Of a DNA stretch of 64,000 nucleotides, positions 1 to 8,028 are shown piece after piece. Each line of letters opens with the position of its first letter. Position 1 is the first letter of the stretch. The DNA is from Candidatus Pacearchaeota archaeon (lineage in GTDB: Archaea; Nanobdellota; Nanobdellia; Pacearchaeales; GW2011-AR1). A program made the translations under genes and the position numbers. The stretch covers positions 1,779-65,778 of the forward strand of contig JAGLOA010000003.1 of assembly GCA_023139205.1 (NCBI GenBank). The letters run 5' to 3'. Below the pieces are notes generated by a model. It ran no database searches, was not told where the DNA came from, and saw only the letters and a list, made by a program, of their open reading frames with translations.

Positions 1-1
1 C

Positions 2-493
2 ACAACAAATCTTTCTGCAAAAACTTTAGCAAAATTAAAAAAAGAAGATTTACCTGCAAAGTTTTTTGCCTTAGGAAAAGTTCTAAGAAATGAAACAGTA
101 GATTGGAGCCATGGATTTGAATTTTATCAAACAGAAGGAATCGTAGTTGATGAAAATGCAAACTTCAGACATTTACTGGGATACTTAAAACAATTCTATA
201 CTAAAATGGGTTTTGAAAAAATAAGATTTGCTCCAGCATATTTTCCCTACACAGAACCTTCAGTAGAAATTCATGTCTGGCACCCTGAAAAAAAAGTCTG
301 GCTTGAATTAGGCGGGGCAGGGATTTTCCGTCCAGAAATATCAATTCCCTTGTTAGGGAAAAAAGTTCCGATATTAGCTTGGGGGCAGGGATTTGACAGG
401 ATAATTATGGACTATTACAAAATAAAAGATTTAAGAGAACTTTACAAAAATGATTTAACTAAATTAAGAAAAATGAAACACTGGATGAAATGA
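2..493 (+). CDS. pheS: phenylalanine--tRNA ligase alpha subunit, C-terminal part (5' end lies outside the window)
   Basis: Reading frame is open from the window edge. Translation has FRNE..VDWSHGFEFYQTEG and GAGIFRPE, the class II aaRS motif 2/3 region of archaeal PheS. Stop at 493. Confidence 0.8.
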   Translation, partial: TTNLSAKTLAKLKKEDLPAKFFALGKVLRNETVDWSHGFEFYQTEGIVVDENANFRHLLGYLKQFYTKMGFEKIRFAPAYFPYTEPSVEIHVWHPEKKVWLELGGAGIFRPEISIPLLGKKVPILAWGQGFDRIIMDYYKIKDLRELYKNDLTKLRKMKHWMK

Positions 494-508
494 AAAATAA
501 AATAAATA

Positions 509-565
509 TGCGATTTTCGTCGGAGGCAATTAAAAAAATCGCCCTTCCGTGTCGAGTGGAAAATA
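509..565. repeat. GC-rich stem-loop element A, copy 1, in the pheS-pheT spacer just upstream of the pheT SD
   Basis: GCGATTTT(510-517) pairs with AAAATCGC(535-542); loop is cgtcggaggcaa. About 80% identical to 7174-7235. Confidence 0.5.
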
Positions 566-590
566 GAAAAAAACCTGGAGGTTGTTTTCA

Positions 591-2237
591 ATGGCAAACA
601 TAAACTTGAACAAAAAACAATTTGAAAAAGAAATAGGAAAATTAAATGAAAAAATGCAAAATAAAATTGCAATGTTTGGGTCTCCTTTAGAAAGTTTTGA
701 CAATGAAAAAATTGAATTAGAAATTTTCCCAGACAGACCAGACTTACTTTCCTATCAGGGATTCAAAAGATCTTTTTTAGCATTCTTAGAAAAAAAACCA
801 GGATTAAAAGAATACAAACTAAATAAACCAAAAAAAGATTACAAAGTAATAATCGACTCTTCTGTAAAAAAAATCCGTCCTTACACTGTTTGTGCAATTG
901 TAAAAAATTTGAAATTTGATGATGAAAAAATAATTGAAATAATTGAAATGCAGGAAAAACTCCACACTACAATTGGACGAAAAAGAAAAAAAGCAGCAAT
1001 TGGAATTTACCCTCTTGAAAAAATAAAACTTCCCATAACTTACAAAGCAATTGAACCAGATAAAATTAAATTTATACCTCTTGAATCAGAAAGAGAAATG
1101 TCAGGACTTCAAATTTTACAAAGACATTCAACCGGAAGAGAATATGCTCATTTACTAGCAGGAAAAGAAAAATTCCCAATATTCTCAGATGCGAATAAAA
1201 ATATCCTAAGTATGCCTCCAATAATAAATTCCCAATTAACAGGAAAAGTAAATGAAAAAACAAAAGATGTTTTTGTAGAATGTTCTGGTTTTGATTTAAA
1301 GGTATTAGAAAAATGCCTGAATATAATTGTAACAAGTCTGGCAGACATGGGAGGAGAAATTTATCAAATGGAATTAAAAGATTCAAAGAAAAAAATAACT
1401 CCTGACTTAACACCAGAAAAAACAAAAATATCTTTAGAAAACACCAACAAATTACTGGGATTAAACCTAACCCTAAAAGAATTACAAAAATTACTAGAAA
1501 AAATGGGACATAATTGCAATAAAAATAATGTAAAAATAGCTCCTTGGAGAACAGATATTTTACATGAAGTTGATTTAATTGAGGATGTCGCAATTGCCTA
1601 TGGTTATGACAAATTTGAACCAGAAATCCCAAAAATAGCAACTATTGGAAAAGAAGATAAAAAAGAATCAATCAAAAGAAAAATCTCAGAAATACTTGCT
1701 GGACTTAAAATGTTAGAAATATCAAACTATCATTTAACAACTAACCAAGACCAATTTACAAAAATGGGAATACCAAAAAAACAAGAAAAAGATTTCATAG
1801 AACTAGAAGAATCTAAAACCAATTATTCAATACTAAGAAAAGACCTGACTCATTATTTAATGAAAATTCTTTCTGGAAACATAGATTCAGAATATCCTCA
1901 ACAAATTTTTGAAACAGGGAAAGTTTTTCAGTTAAATAAAGAGAAAATAAATGAAAAACAAAATCTTGCAGTAGCACTTGCTCCGGGAAATTTTACAGAA
2001 GTAAAACAAATTCTTAAATATTTTTTTAAAATGATTAATTTAGAAATAAAATTAAAAGAACCTGAAAAACCAAGTCCTTGGTTTATTGAAGGAAGAACAG
2101 CAGAAATTATTTTCAAAGATAAGACTTTAGGATTTATAGGAGAAATTCATCCAAGAATATTAAAAAATTGGAGAATAAAAATGCCAGTTGCACTTTTTGA
2201 AATAGAATTAGAAGAAATCTTTAGAGAATTAATTTAA
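591..2237 (+). CDS. pheT: phenylalanine--tRNA ligase beta subunit (archaeal type)
   Basis: 550-aa ORF directly downstream of pheS with B3/4- and B5-like regions. GGAGG at 576-580 sits 10 nt before ATG 591; the track's TTG at 582 is less likely. Confidence 0.8.
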   Translation: MANINLNKKQFEKEIGKLNEKMQNKIAMFGSPLESFDNEKIELEIFPDRPDLLSYQGFKRSFLAFLEKKPGLKEYKLNKPKKDYKVIIDSSVKKIRPYTVCAIVKNLKFDDEKIIEIIEMQEKLHTTIGRKRKKAAIGIYPLEKIKLPITYKAIEPDKIKFIPLESEREMSGLQILQRHSTGREYAHLLAGKEKFPIFSDANKNILSMPPIINSQLTGKVNEKTKDVFVECSGFDLKVLEKCLNIIVTSLADMGGEIYQMELKDSKKKITPDLTPEKTKISLENTNKLLGLNLTLKELQKLLEKMGHNCNKNNVKIAPWRTDILHEVDLIEDVAIAYGYDKFEPEIPKIATIGKEDKKESIKRKISEILAGLKMLEISNYHLTTNQDQFTKMGIPKKQEKDFIELEESKTNYSILRKDLTHYLMKILSGNIDSEYPQQIFETGKVFQLNKEKINEKQNLAVALAPGNFTEVKQILKYFFKMINLEIKLKEPEKPSPWFIEGRTAEIIFKDKTLGFIGEIHPRILKNWRIKMPVALFEIELEEIFRELI

Positions 2238-2355
2238 AAAATTATTATTTTAATTTAAATCTAAATTATATAATTCTTGTATTTCTTCTTCACTCAAAAC
2301 TCTATTCAAAATAATCCTTCCGAAGAATTTCGCAGAATATTCTACGCAGGTTACT

Positions 2356-2853
2356 TCAACCAAAGTAACCTTTTCCATTTACTTCAGATTTATTATCCCA
2401 ATTCTTTTTTATAACTTCAACAATTTTTAATAAATCTTTTTTAATTTCCTGCCAAACTTTATAAGATTCTTTAATAAAATCTATTTCCTTTTTTTCAGAA
2501 AATTCAATATCTAATTCAATTAAATTAACTTCAATTTTTGCTAATTTTTTATAAGCATCTGTTAATTTATTTTTTTCTTCAATTCCAATTGATTTTACAA
2601 TAGAAAAAACAAACATTGGAGAATTAACCGGATGCAAAAGAGCTTCTACAAACCTAAGATAATTTGAAAACTTATCTGCCATAAATCTTCTTATTTCTCT
2701 GATCAAAAAATCTGTTTCAACATCTGCAAGCTTCTCTATCTGAAAATCCTCATTAAATTTCTCAAAATCAGGTAAATTAAATTTTTCCTTGATTTTCCCA
2801 TAACTTTCTTTTAAATTTTCTAAATCTGATTTTTTCTCCATCATAGATTTCAA
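2356..2853 (-). CDS. hypothetical protein
   Basis: 165-aa ORF directly downstream of tRNA-Thr on the same strand; no recognisable motif. Confidence 0.4.
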   Translation of the reverse strand: MKSMMEKKSDLENLKESYGKIKEKFNLPDFEKFNEDFQIEKLADVETDFLIREIRRFMADKFSNYLRFVEALLHPVNSPMFVFSIVKSIGIEEKNKLTDAYKKLAKIEVNLIELDIEFSEKKEIDFIKESYKVWQEIKKDLLKIVEVIKKNWDNKSEVNGKGYFG

Positions 2854-2879
2854 GAATAAGCTTTTATAAATTTAATGCA

Positions 2880-2954
2880 AGCCACTTCTGAGATTCGAAC
2901 TCAGGACCTCTTCATTACCAATGAAGTGCTCTTCCAAAACTGAGCTAAAGTGGC
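2880..2954 (-). tRNA. tRNA-Thr (anticodon GGT)
   Basis: Reverse complement folds as a cloverleaf. GCCACTT/AAGTGGC is a perfect 7-bp acceptor, D arm is GCTC..GAGC, anticodon stem CTTCA/TGAAG with loop TTGGTAA, T arm CTGAG-TTCGAAT-CTCAG. Confidence 0.85.
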
Positions 2955-2996
2955 ACAACATTAATTAAAAAAGATCCTATAAAAAATTATTTATAA

Positions 2997-3278
2997 TTAC
3001 TTTTTAGCAAATTTAAGAACAATAAATATCAAAAGCACAATTAAAAATGCAAATGAAATAAATCCAAAAACCATAGCCAAAAGTAAAAACAAATTCTTAA
3101 GGAGAACTGCACTTAAAAAATTATACAAAACAAAACACACTACAGAAAATATTGCAAATAAAATCAAATTCCTCACAATAAGTTTAATTTTTTTCTTAGT
3201 TGCACGAACTGGTTTTTTCGAAATTTTTCGAACAACTTTCTTCTTAGAATCTTTTTTCACACTCTTTTTCTTAGCCAT
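2997..3278 (-). CDS. small lysine-rich membrane protein (hypothetical)
   Basis: 93 aa with a K-rich N-terminus followed by two hydrophobic helices. Confidence 0.35.
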   Translation of the reverse strand: MAKKKSVKKDSKKKVVRKISKKPVRATKKKIKLIVRNLILFAIFSVVCFVLYNFLSAVLLKNLFLLLAMVFGFISFAFLIVLLIFIVLKFAKK

Positions 3279-3313
3279 TTTATAATATATAATAAAGCAT
3301 ATAGTTTTTAAAT

Positions 3314-3616
3314 TTATCCTGAAGTAACATTTCCTTTCCAGTTCATCTTAATAGCATTCACAGTTATTGATTTTAAATTATTAAAAAAAGAACCGAACCA
3401 AACAAAATAAAGACTAGATGCCTCCTTTAATCCATCAATAGTTCTAAAATTAACTTCTTTTCCTTCAAAAACATAACCAGAAGTTACATAAAGAAATAAT
3501 ATCATAGCAATTAACAAAATAGCAAAAATTTTATGTTTCATCCTCTTTAATTCAACAATAACCCAAATAGCTATAACCAAAGAAGCTACAAGGAGTATCG
3601 CAACACCGATTTCCAT
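3314..3616 (-). CDS. small membrane protein (hypothetical)
   Basis: 100 aa with hydrophobic helices. Confidence 0.35.
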   Translation of the reverse strand: MEIGVAILLVASLVIAIWVIVELKRMKHKIFAILLIAMILFLYVTSGYVFEGKEVNFRTIDGLKEASSLYFVWFGSFFNNLKSITVNAIKMNWKGNVTSG

Positions 3617-3656
3617 AACAATTAAAATAAAAACAAGTATAAAAATATTTCTAATA

Positions 3657-3781
3657 GCCCCACCAGAATTCTCAAAGAAGTTCTCGCCTGTCTTTCAGGT
3701 TCTCGCACCCTTTTTTATGATGTGCTCTTTTTGGATATCGGGGCCTTGGAGGTCATCCCTTGGGAAACCTTGGTTCGAAAA
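3657..3781. repeat. GC-rich mosaic repeat element B, copy 1, abutting the 3' end of tRNA-Gln
   Basis: Modules it shares with the copies at 26930-27037 and 53059-53178: cagaattc, gaagttctcgc(acc), ggggcct(t/c)g(g/a)ag, ggaggtcatccc(t/g)tggga. Confidence 0.5.
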
Positions 3782-3854
3782 TAGCCCTACCAGGATTCGA
3801 ACCTGGGTCACAAGGTTCAGAACCTTGCATACTTGACCACTATACTATGGGGCT
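3782..3854 (-). tRNA. tRNA-Gln (anticodon CTG)
   Basis: Reverse complement is AGCCCCA..TAGGGCT with one C/A acceptor mismatch. Anticodon stem CAAGG/CCTTG with loop TTCTGAA; T arm CCAGG-TTCGAAT-CCTGG. Starts with AGCCCC like archaeal tRNA-Gln. Confidence 0.7.
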
Positions 3855-3975
3855 TGATATTTTTACAAATTAAAACTATTAAAAACTTCCGAATCAATAA
3901 ATTTAAAGAATACTTCTTCTTTAAAAATAAATAGAAGAAAAAGAGATAGGGAAAGTCTCTACTTATTTCAGACAG

Positions 3976-4182
3976 GTGAATGTAGCTGCCATAAAACTTT
4001 CAGATAATTTGAAAGTAGGCGACAAAATACAAATCAAAGGGCATACAACTAAATTAGAACAAGAAGTAAAAAAGATCCAAATAGATAGAAAAGAGGGTAC
4101 AGAAGCAAAAAAAGGTGACCATACAGGAATAAAGGTTTCTGAAAAAGTTCGACCAAATGACAAAGTTTTTCTAGTAGAATAA
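3976..4182 (+). CDS. small beta-barrel protein, possibly EF-Tu domain-2-like (hypothetical)
   Basis: 68-aa ORF starting at GTG; G/K/V-rich strand-like pattern. Confidence 0.3.
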   Translation: MNVAAIKLSDNLKVGDKIQIKGHTTKLEQEVKKIQIDRKEGTEAKKGDHTGIKVSEKVRPNDKVFLVE

Positions 4183-4218
4183 AATTTATAAAAGAATTTC
4201 AACTTATTTTTCTTAAAT

Positions 4219-4379
4219 GCCCCTGTAGTCTAGAGGCCAAGGATGCCACCCTCTCAAATCAGATTAAGAGAAAGAGGTGATTTAGTCTCGGTGAGAGAAA
4301 AAGTCTATGCATCTCAATGCAGCCTTTTCTCTGTATTTGGAGAACGGTGGTGACCCGAGTTCAAATCTCGGCAGGGGCG
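4219..4379 (+). tRNA. intron-containing tRNA, most likely tRNA-Glu (anticodon CTC), with an approximately 88-nt intron after position 37
   Basis: Perfect acceptor GCCCCTG/CAGGGGC and T arm CCGAG-TTCAAAT-CTCGG. Anticodon stem CCACC(4246-4250) pairs with GGTGG(4346-4350) only after removing about 4257-4344; anticodon loop is CTCTCAA. Confidence 0.7.
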
Positions 4380-4576
4380 TTTTACAGATGCATTCGTTAT
4401 TCATACATAAAACAAGAATGTATCTGTCCGATATTCGGACAAATTAGTTTAAACAAAAAAAGGAAGCTTCTAAAAGAAACCATTGGTGTCTTTTAAGTTC
4501 AAATTTTGGAAGGGGCGTTCAACTATAATTTTAAAAAGAGTTTGAGATTTATATTAAAAAAGAGGAATTTTTCAAA

Positions 4577-5134
4577 ATGTCTTGGTTTGAAGTTGAAACA
4601 AAAGTCAAAATAAAAAACATAAAAGATCTAAAAAGAAAAGTAAAAAAAATTGCTAATCTAAAAAAGAAAGAGATAAAAAAAGATAATTATTTTTCTTTAA
4701 CAAAAAAAGAATATCCAATAAAAGCATTTAGAATAAGAACTAACGGAAAAGAACATGTGGTTAATTTCAAAAAATGGGTTAAAAAAGATTGGGACAAAAA
4801 CATTGTTGTTAAAGAAGAATTTGAATTCCAGGTAAAAAATCCAGAAATTTTTTTAGCTTTAATGAAAGACTTAGGTTTTGAACAATGGATTAATAAAACA
4901 AAAAATTCTGAAATTTATTCACACAAAAAATATAAAAAATTAACAATTGAATTAAACAATGTAAAAAAATTAGGAGATTTTATGGAAATAGAATATCTTG
5001 CTAAAAAAAATGAAATAAATAAAGCTAAAAAAATAATAAGAAAAACCTTAAAACAATTAGAAATAAATCCTTCTCAAATAAATAATACTGGCTACACAAA
5101 AATGCTTTGGAAAATAAAAAATGAAAAAAAATAA
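4577..5134 (+). CDS. CYTH-domain protein (class IV adenylate cyclase / triphosphatase-like)
   Basis: N-terminal EVE.K pattern and conserved acidic/basic positions of the CYTH fold; overlaps ackA by 14 nt. Confidence 0.5.
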   Translation: MSWFEVETKVKIKNIKDLKRKVKKIANLKKKEIKKDNYFSLTKKEYPIKAFRIRTNGKEHVVNFKKWVKKDWDKNIVVKEEFEFQVKNPEIFLALMKDLGFEQWINKTKNSEIYSHKKYKKLTIELNNVKKLGDFMEIEYLAKKNEINKAKKIIRKTLKQLEINPSQINNTGYTKMLWKIKNEKK

Positions 5135-6197
5135 GAAAATACTTGTATTTAATGTGGGAAGTTCCAGCATAAAATATAGTTTATTTCATAATCTGAAAAG
5201 AATAAGTTCTGGGAACAAAGAAAGATTAAAAACAAAACACGATTATCAAAAAGCAGTAAAAGAAATACTTGAAAAATTCAAACAAGAAAAAATAAATTTA
5301 ATTGCCCACAGAGTAGTTCATGGAGGGGATTTAAATAAGCCCTCCAAAATAAACAGAGAAATAAAAAATAAAATAAAAGAATTTTCTGAATTTGCACCAT
5401 TGCATAATCCAAAACAATTAATGGTCATAGAATTAATTGACGCCGAAGGTGATCCCTCTGGGAAGAAAAATTCCAAAATTCCTCAATACGCTCTTTTTGA
5501 TACAATGTTTTTCTCAGACCTTCCAGAAGTTTCAAAAACTTACGCAATTCCAAAAGCACTTACAAAAAAATTAAACATAAGAAGATATGGCTTTCATGGA
5601 TTTTCTCATCATTATGTTTCAAAATCATTAAAAGGGAAAACAATCACTTGCCACCTTGGTTCTGGATCAAGTATTTCTGCAATAATTAATGGAAAACCAA
5701 TAGACACAAGCATGGGACTAACTCCTTTAGAAGGTTTAATCATGGGAACTCGCTCAGGAAACATAGATCCTGGATTAATTCTTTATTTAGAGAAAAAAGG
5801 ATATAACACAAATGAGATATTAAATAAAAAATCAGGACTAAAAGGAATTTGCGGACACAATGACTTTAGAGATATATTACAAAAAATGAATAAAGATAAA
5901 AATTGTAAACTTGCTTATAACATGTTCATTTATAGAATAGTAAAAATAATTGGTTCATACATTACAGCAATGAATGGTCTAAACAATCTTGTTTTCACAG
6001 CAGCAATAGGGGAAAATGTTCCAAGATTAAGAAAAGACATTTGTAAACAATTAAGCTTCATGAAATTAAAATTAAACAAAAAGAAAAATCAAAAAAACAA
6101 AGAAATAATTTCTTCAATAAACTCAAAAGTAAAAGTTTTTGTTAAAAAAACTAATGAAGAACAAATGATTGTTGAGGAGGTTTTAAAATGCCTTTAA
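5121..6197 (+). CDS. ackA: acetate kinase
   Basis: Motifs VFNVGSSSIKY, HRVVHGG, APLHNP, RRYGFHGFSH, CHLGSGSSI, DTSMG, GTRSGNIDPG, FTAAIGEN. Confidence 0.85.
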   Translation: MKKNKKILVFNVGSSSIKYSLFHNLKRISSGNKERLKTKHDYQKAVKEILEKFKQEKINLIAHRVVHGGDLNKPSKINREIKNKIKEFSEFAPLHNPKQLMVIELIDAEGDPSGKKNSKIPQYALFDTMFFSDLPEVSKTYAIPKALTKKLNIRRYGFHGFSHHYVSKSLKGKTITCHLGSGSSISAIINGKPIDTSMGLTPLEGLIMGTRSGNIDPGLILYLEKKGYNTNEILNKKSGLKGICGHNDFRDILQKMNKDKNCKLAYNMFIYRIVKIIGSYITAMNGLNNLVFTAAIGENVPRLRKDICKQLSFMKLKLNKKKNQKNKEIISSINSKVKVFVKKTNEEQMIVEEVLKCL

Positions 6198-6763
6198 AAA
6201 TTCCAGTTGAAATATCTGCAAGACACATCCATCTTTCAGAAAGAGATTTTGAAAAATTATTTGGAAAAAACAAAAAACTAACACCAATAAAAAAAATCTC
6301 TCAACCAATGCAATTTGCATCAAAAGAAGTTGTTGAGTTAGTTAACAAGAAAAATAAAATCGAAAATGTAAGAATTCTGGGTCCATTTAGAAAAAAATCT
6401 CAAATTGAAATTTCATTAACAGATGCTTATCATTTAAAATTAAAACCCTTGCCAAAAATAAAATTATCCGGAGATCTAACAGGAACTTGTAAAGTCTTAG
6501 TTAAAGGTCCAAAAACAAATATTAAAATTCCTTGCATAATTGCAAAAAGGCATTTACATGCTTCAGAGGAAGAAGCAAAAAAACTCAAAGTAAAAAACAA
6601 TCAAAAAATTTCCATAAAAGTAAAAAGTGAAAGAGAAATAACTTTTCATAACATAATTACAAGAATTTCAAACAAATACAAACTTGCATTGCATTTTGAC
6701 ACAGATGAAGGAAATGCTGCAGGAATAACAGAAAAAACTTTTGGGGAAATAAAAAAGTATTAA
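6188..6763 (+). CDS. pduL: PduL-type phosphate acetyl/propanoyl-transferase
   Basis: Two PduL repeats, each with an (S/K)xRH(I/L)H(L/A)S motif. GAGGAGG SD at 6174-6180. Overlaps ackA by 10 nt. Confidence 0.7.
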   Translation: MPLKIPVEISARHIHLSERDFEKLFGKNKKLTPIKKISQPMQFASKEVVELVNKKNKIENVRILGPFRKKSQIEISLTDAYHLKLKPLPKIKLSGDLTGTCKVLVKGPKTNIKIPCIIAKRHLHASEEEAKKLKVKNNQKISIKVKSEREITFHNIITRISNKYKLALHFDTDEGNAAGITEKTFGEIKKY

Positions 6764-6795
6764 AAACTCTAAAACCCAGATAGTGGAGTATAAAA

Positions 6796-7077
6796 ATGGA
6801 AAAACCAAAACCCTTAACAAAAAGACAAAAAATAATTGTAAAAACAAAAGCTTCTGCAAAAAAATTAAAAAGAGAAATAAAAAAATCAATAAGTACTGCA
6901 ATTGTTGCTGCATTTGGTTTTTTAATTGCTTTGTCTTGGAGAGATGTAATAAAAGAATACGTTAATAAAATTTCCTCTCTAAGCCCTATTCAGGGGAATC
7001 TAATTAGTGCTGTAATAATAACGATTATTTCTGTAATTGGAATTTTAATTATTACCAAATTTTTATCAGGAGAATGA
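6796..7077 (+). CDS. small membrane protein (hypothetical)
   Basis: 93 aa with a basic N-terminus and two TM helices. Confidence 0.4.
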   Translation: MEKPKPLTKRQKIIVKTKASAKKLKREIKKSISTAIVAAFGFLIALSWRDVIKEYVNKISSLSPIQGNLISAVIITIISVIGILIITKFLSGE

Positions 7078-7817
7078 ACCATAAGAATATTTTTCAGATA
7101 ATGAAAATACTTTCAAAAAAATATATTTTTACTGAAAAAACAACTTTAAATCGCATGCGAAAAAAACACAGCAATGCGACTTTCATCGGAGGCAAAGAAA
7201 AAAAGTCGCCCTTAAGTGCTTCGAGGAAGGAGCGCGAGGAAAATCAAGGGGTTTCCTCGCACGCTTTTAAAATATTGATTTCTTGCTTATTATCATTAAG
7301 AGCAAGAGATGAAAACACAAAAAAGGTTTCAAAAAAATTATTCACAATAGCAGACACCCCAAAAAAGATTTCAGCAATTCCTCTAAAAAAATTAGAAAAA
7401 ATAATCTACAGCTCAGGGCATTATAAGAAAAAAGCAAAAACTCTCAAACACGTTTCAAGTGAACTTATCAAAAAATTCAATTCAAAAGTTCCTGACACAA
7501 AAGAAGAATTACTGAGCATAAAAGGGATTGGACCAAAAACAGCAAACATTGTTTTAGCGTTTGCTTTTAATAAATTAGTTCTGCCAATTGATACTCATTG
7601 TCATAGAATCCCCAACAGACTTGGCTGGGTAAAAACAAAAACAGCTGAAAAAACAGAAAAACAATTAGAAAAAATTCTTGAAAAGAGATATTGGTCAAAC
7701 TTCAATGCAATCTTTGTTCAGTTTGGAAGAGAAATCTGCCAACCAATATCTCCGTGGTGTTCTAAATGTCCCCTTAAAAAATATTGCCCAAAAATTGGAG
7801 TTATTAAAAGAAGATAA
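7074..7817 (+). CDS. nth: endonuclease III (HhH-GPD DNA glycosylase/lyase with a 4Fe-4S loop); true start is probably internal
   Basis: ILISCLLSLRARDENT helix, HhH SIKGIGPKTANIVL, catalytic D in PIDTHCHR, and C-x6-C-x2-C-x5-C at the C-terminus. The N-terminal 60 aa include GC-rich element A copy 2. Confidence 0.8.
   Translation: MNHKNIFQIMKILSKKYIFTEKTTLNRMRKKHSNATFIGGKEKKSPLSASRKEREENQGVSSHAFKILISCLLSLRARDENTKKVSKKLFTIADTPKKISAIPLKKLEKIIYSSGHYKKKAKTLKHVSSELIKKFNSKVPDTKEELLSIKGIGPKTANIVLAFAFNKLVLPIDTHCHRIPNRLGWVKTKTAEKTEKQLEKILEKRYWSNFNAIFVQFGREICQPISPWCSKCPLKKYCPKIGVIKRR
7174..7266. repeat. GC-rich element A, copy 2, with an extra second hairpin, inside the 5' region of the nth ORF
   Basis: GCGACTTT(7176-7183) pairs with AAAGTCGC(7202-7209), compensatory relative to copy 1. 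A second stem GCGAGGAAA/TTTCCTCGC lies at 7234-7260. Confidence 0.5.
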
Positions 7818-7852
7818 CAAACTTTAAAAACCAATTTCTCTAAAATTTAATT

Positions 7853-7969
7853 ATGAAACGGTCATCAAGAAGATGGAAGAAAAAAGGTCAAATGCGTTGG
7901 AAATGGCAGCGTAAAAGACTTAGAAAAGAAAAGCATAAAAGAAAGCTAAGAAAAGCTAGAAGCAAATAA
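7853..7969 (+). CDS. rpl41e: 50S ribosomal protein L41e (absent from the ORF track because it is too short)
   Basis: 38 codons translating to MKRSSRRWKKKGQMRWKWQRKRLRKEKHKRKLRKARSK, the extremely basic RWKKK..MRWKW signature of L41e. Confidence 0.7.
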   Translation: MKRSSRRWKKKGQMRWKWQRKRLRKEKHKRKLRKARSK

Positions 7970-8028
7970 TTCTAAATATATTCCCGCATCAGCATAATCT
8001 TTATTAACCAATTTTCAATAAAATAAAT

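Noticed and set aside
442-672. Antisense and overlapping small ORFs from the six-frame track, e.g. 442-672(-), 1072-1641(-), 1928-2116(-), 8472-8720(-), 9842-10045(-), 16885-17211(-), 20726-21067(-), 28351-28548(+), 52848-53257(+), 57431-57739(-).
   Set aside because: They are embedded in, or antisense to, well-supported genes. They have low-complexity F/L/I-rich translations typical of the reverse strand of AT-rich coding DNA, and no motifs.
3740-3781. ggttcgaaa inside repeat B1 looked like a tRNA T-loop, suggesting a tRNA pseudogene.
   Set aside because: No acceptor, D or anticodon arms can be drawn around it. The same region is shared with the non-tRNA copies B2/B3.
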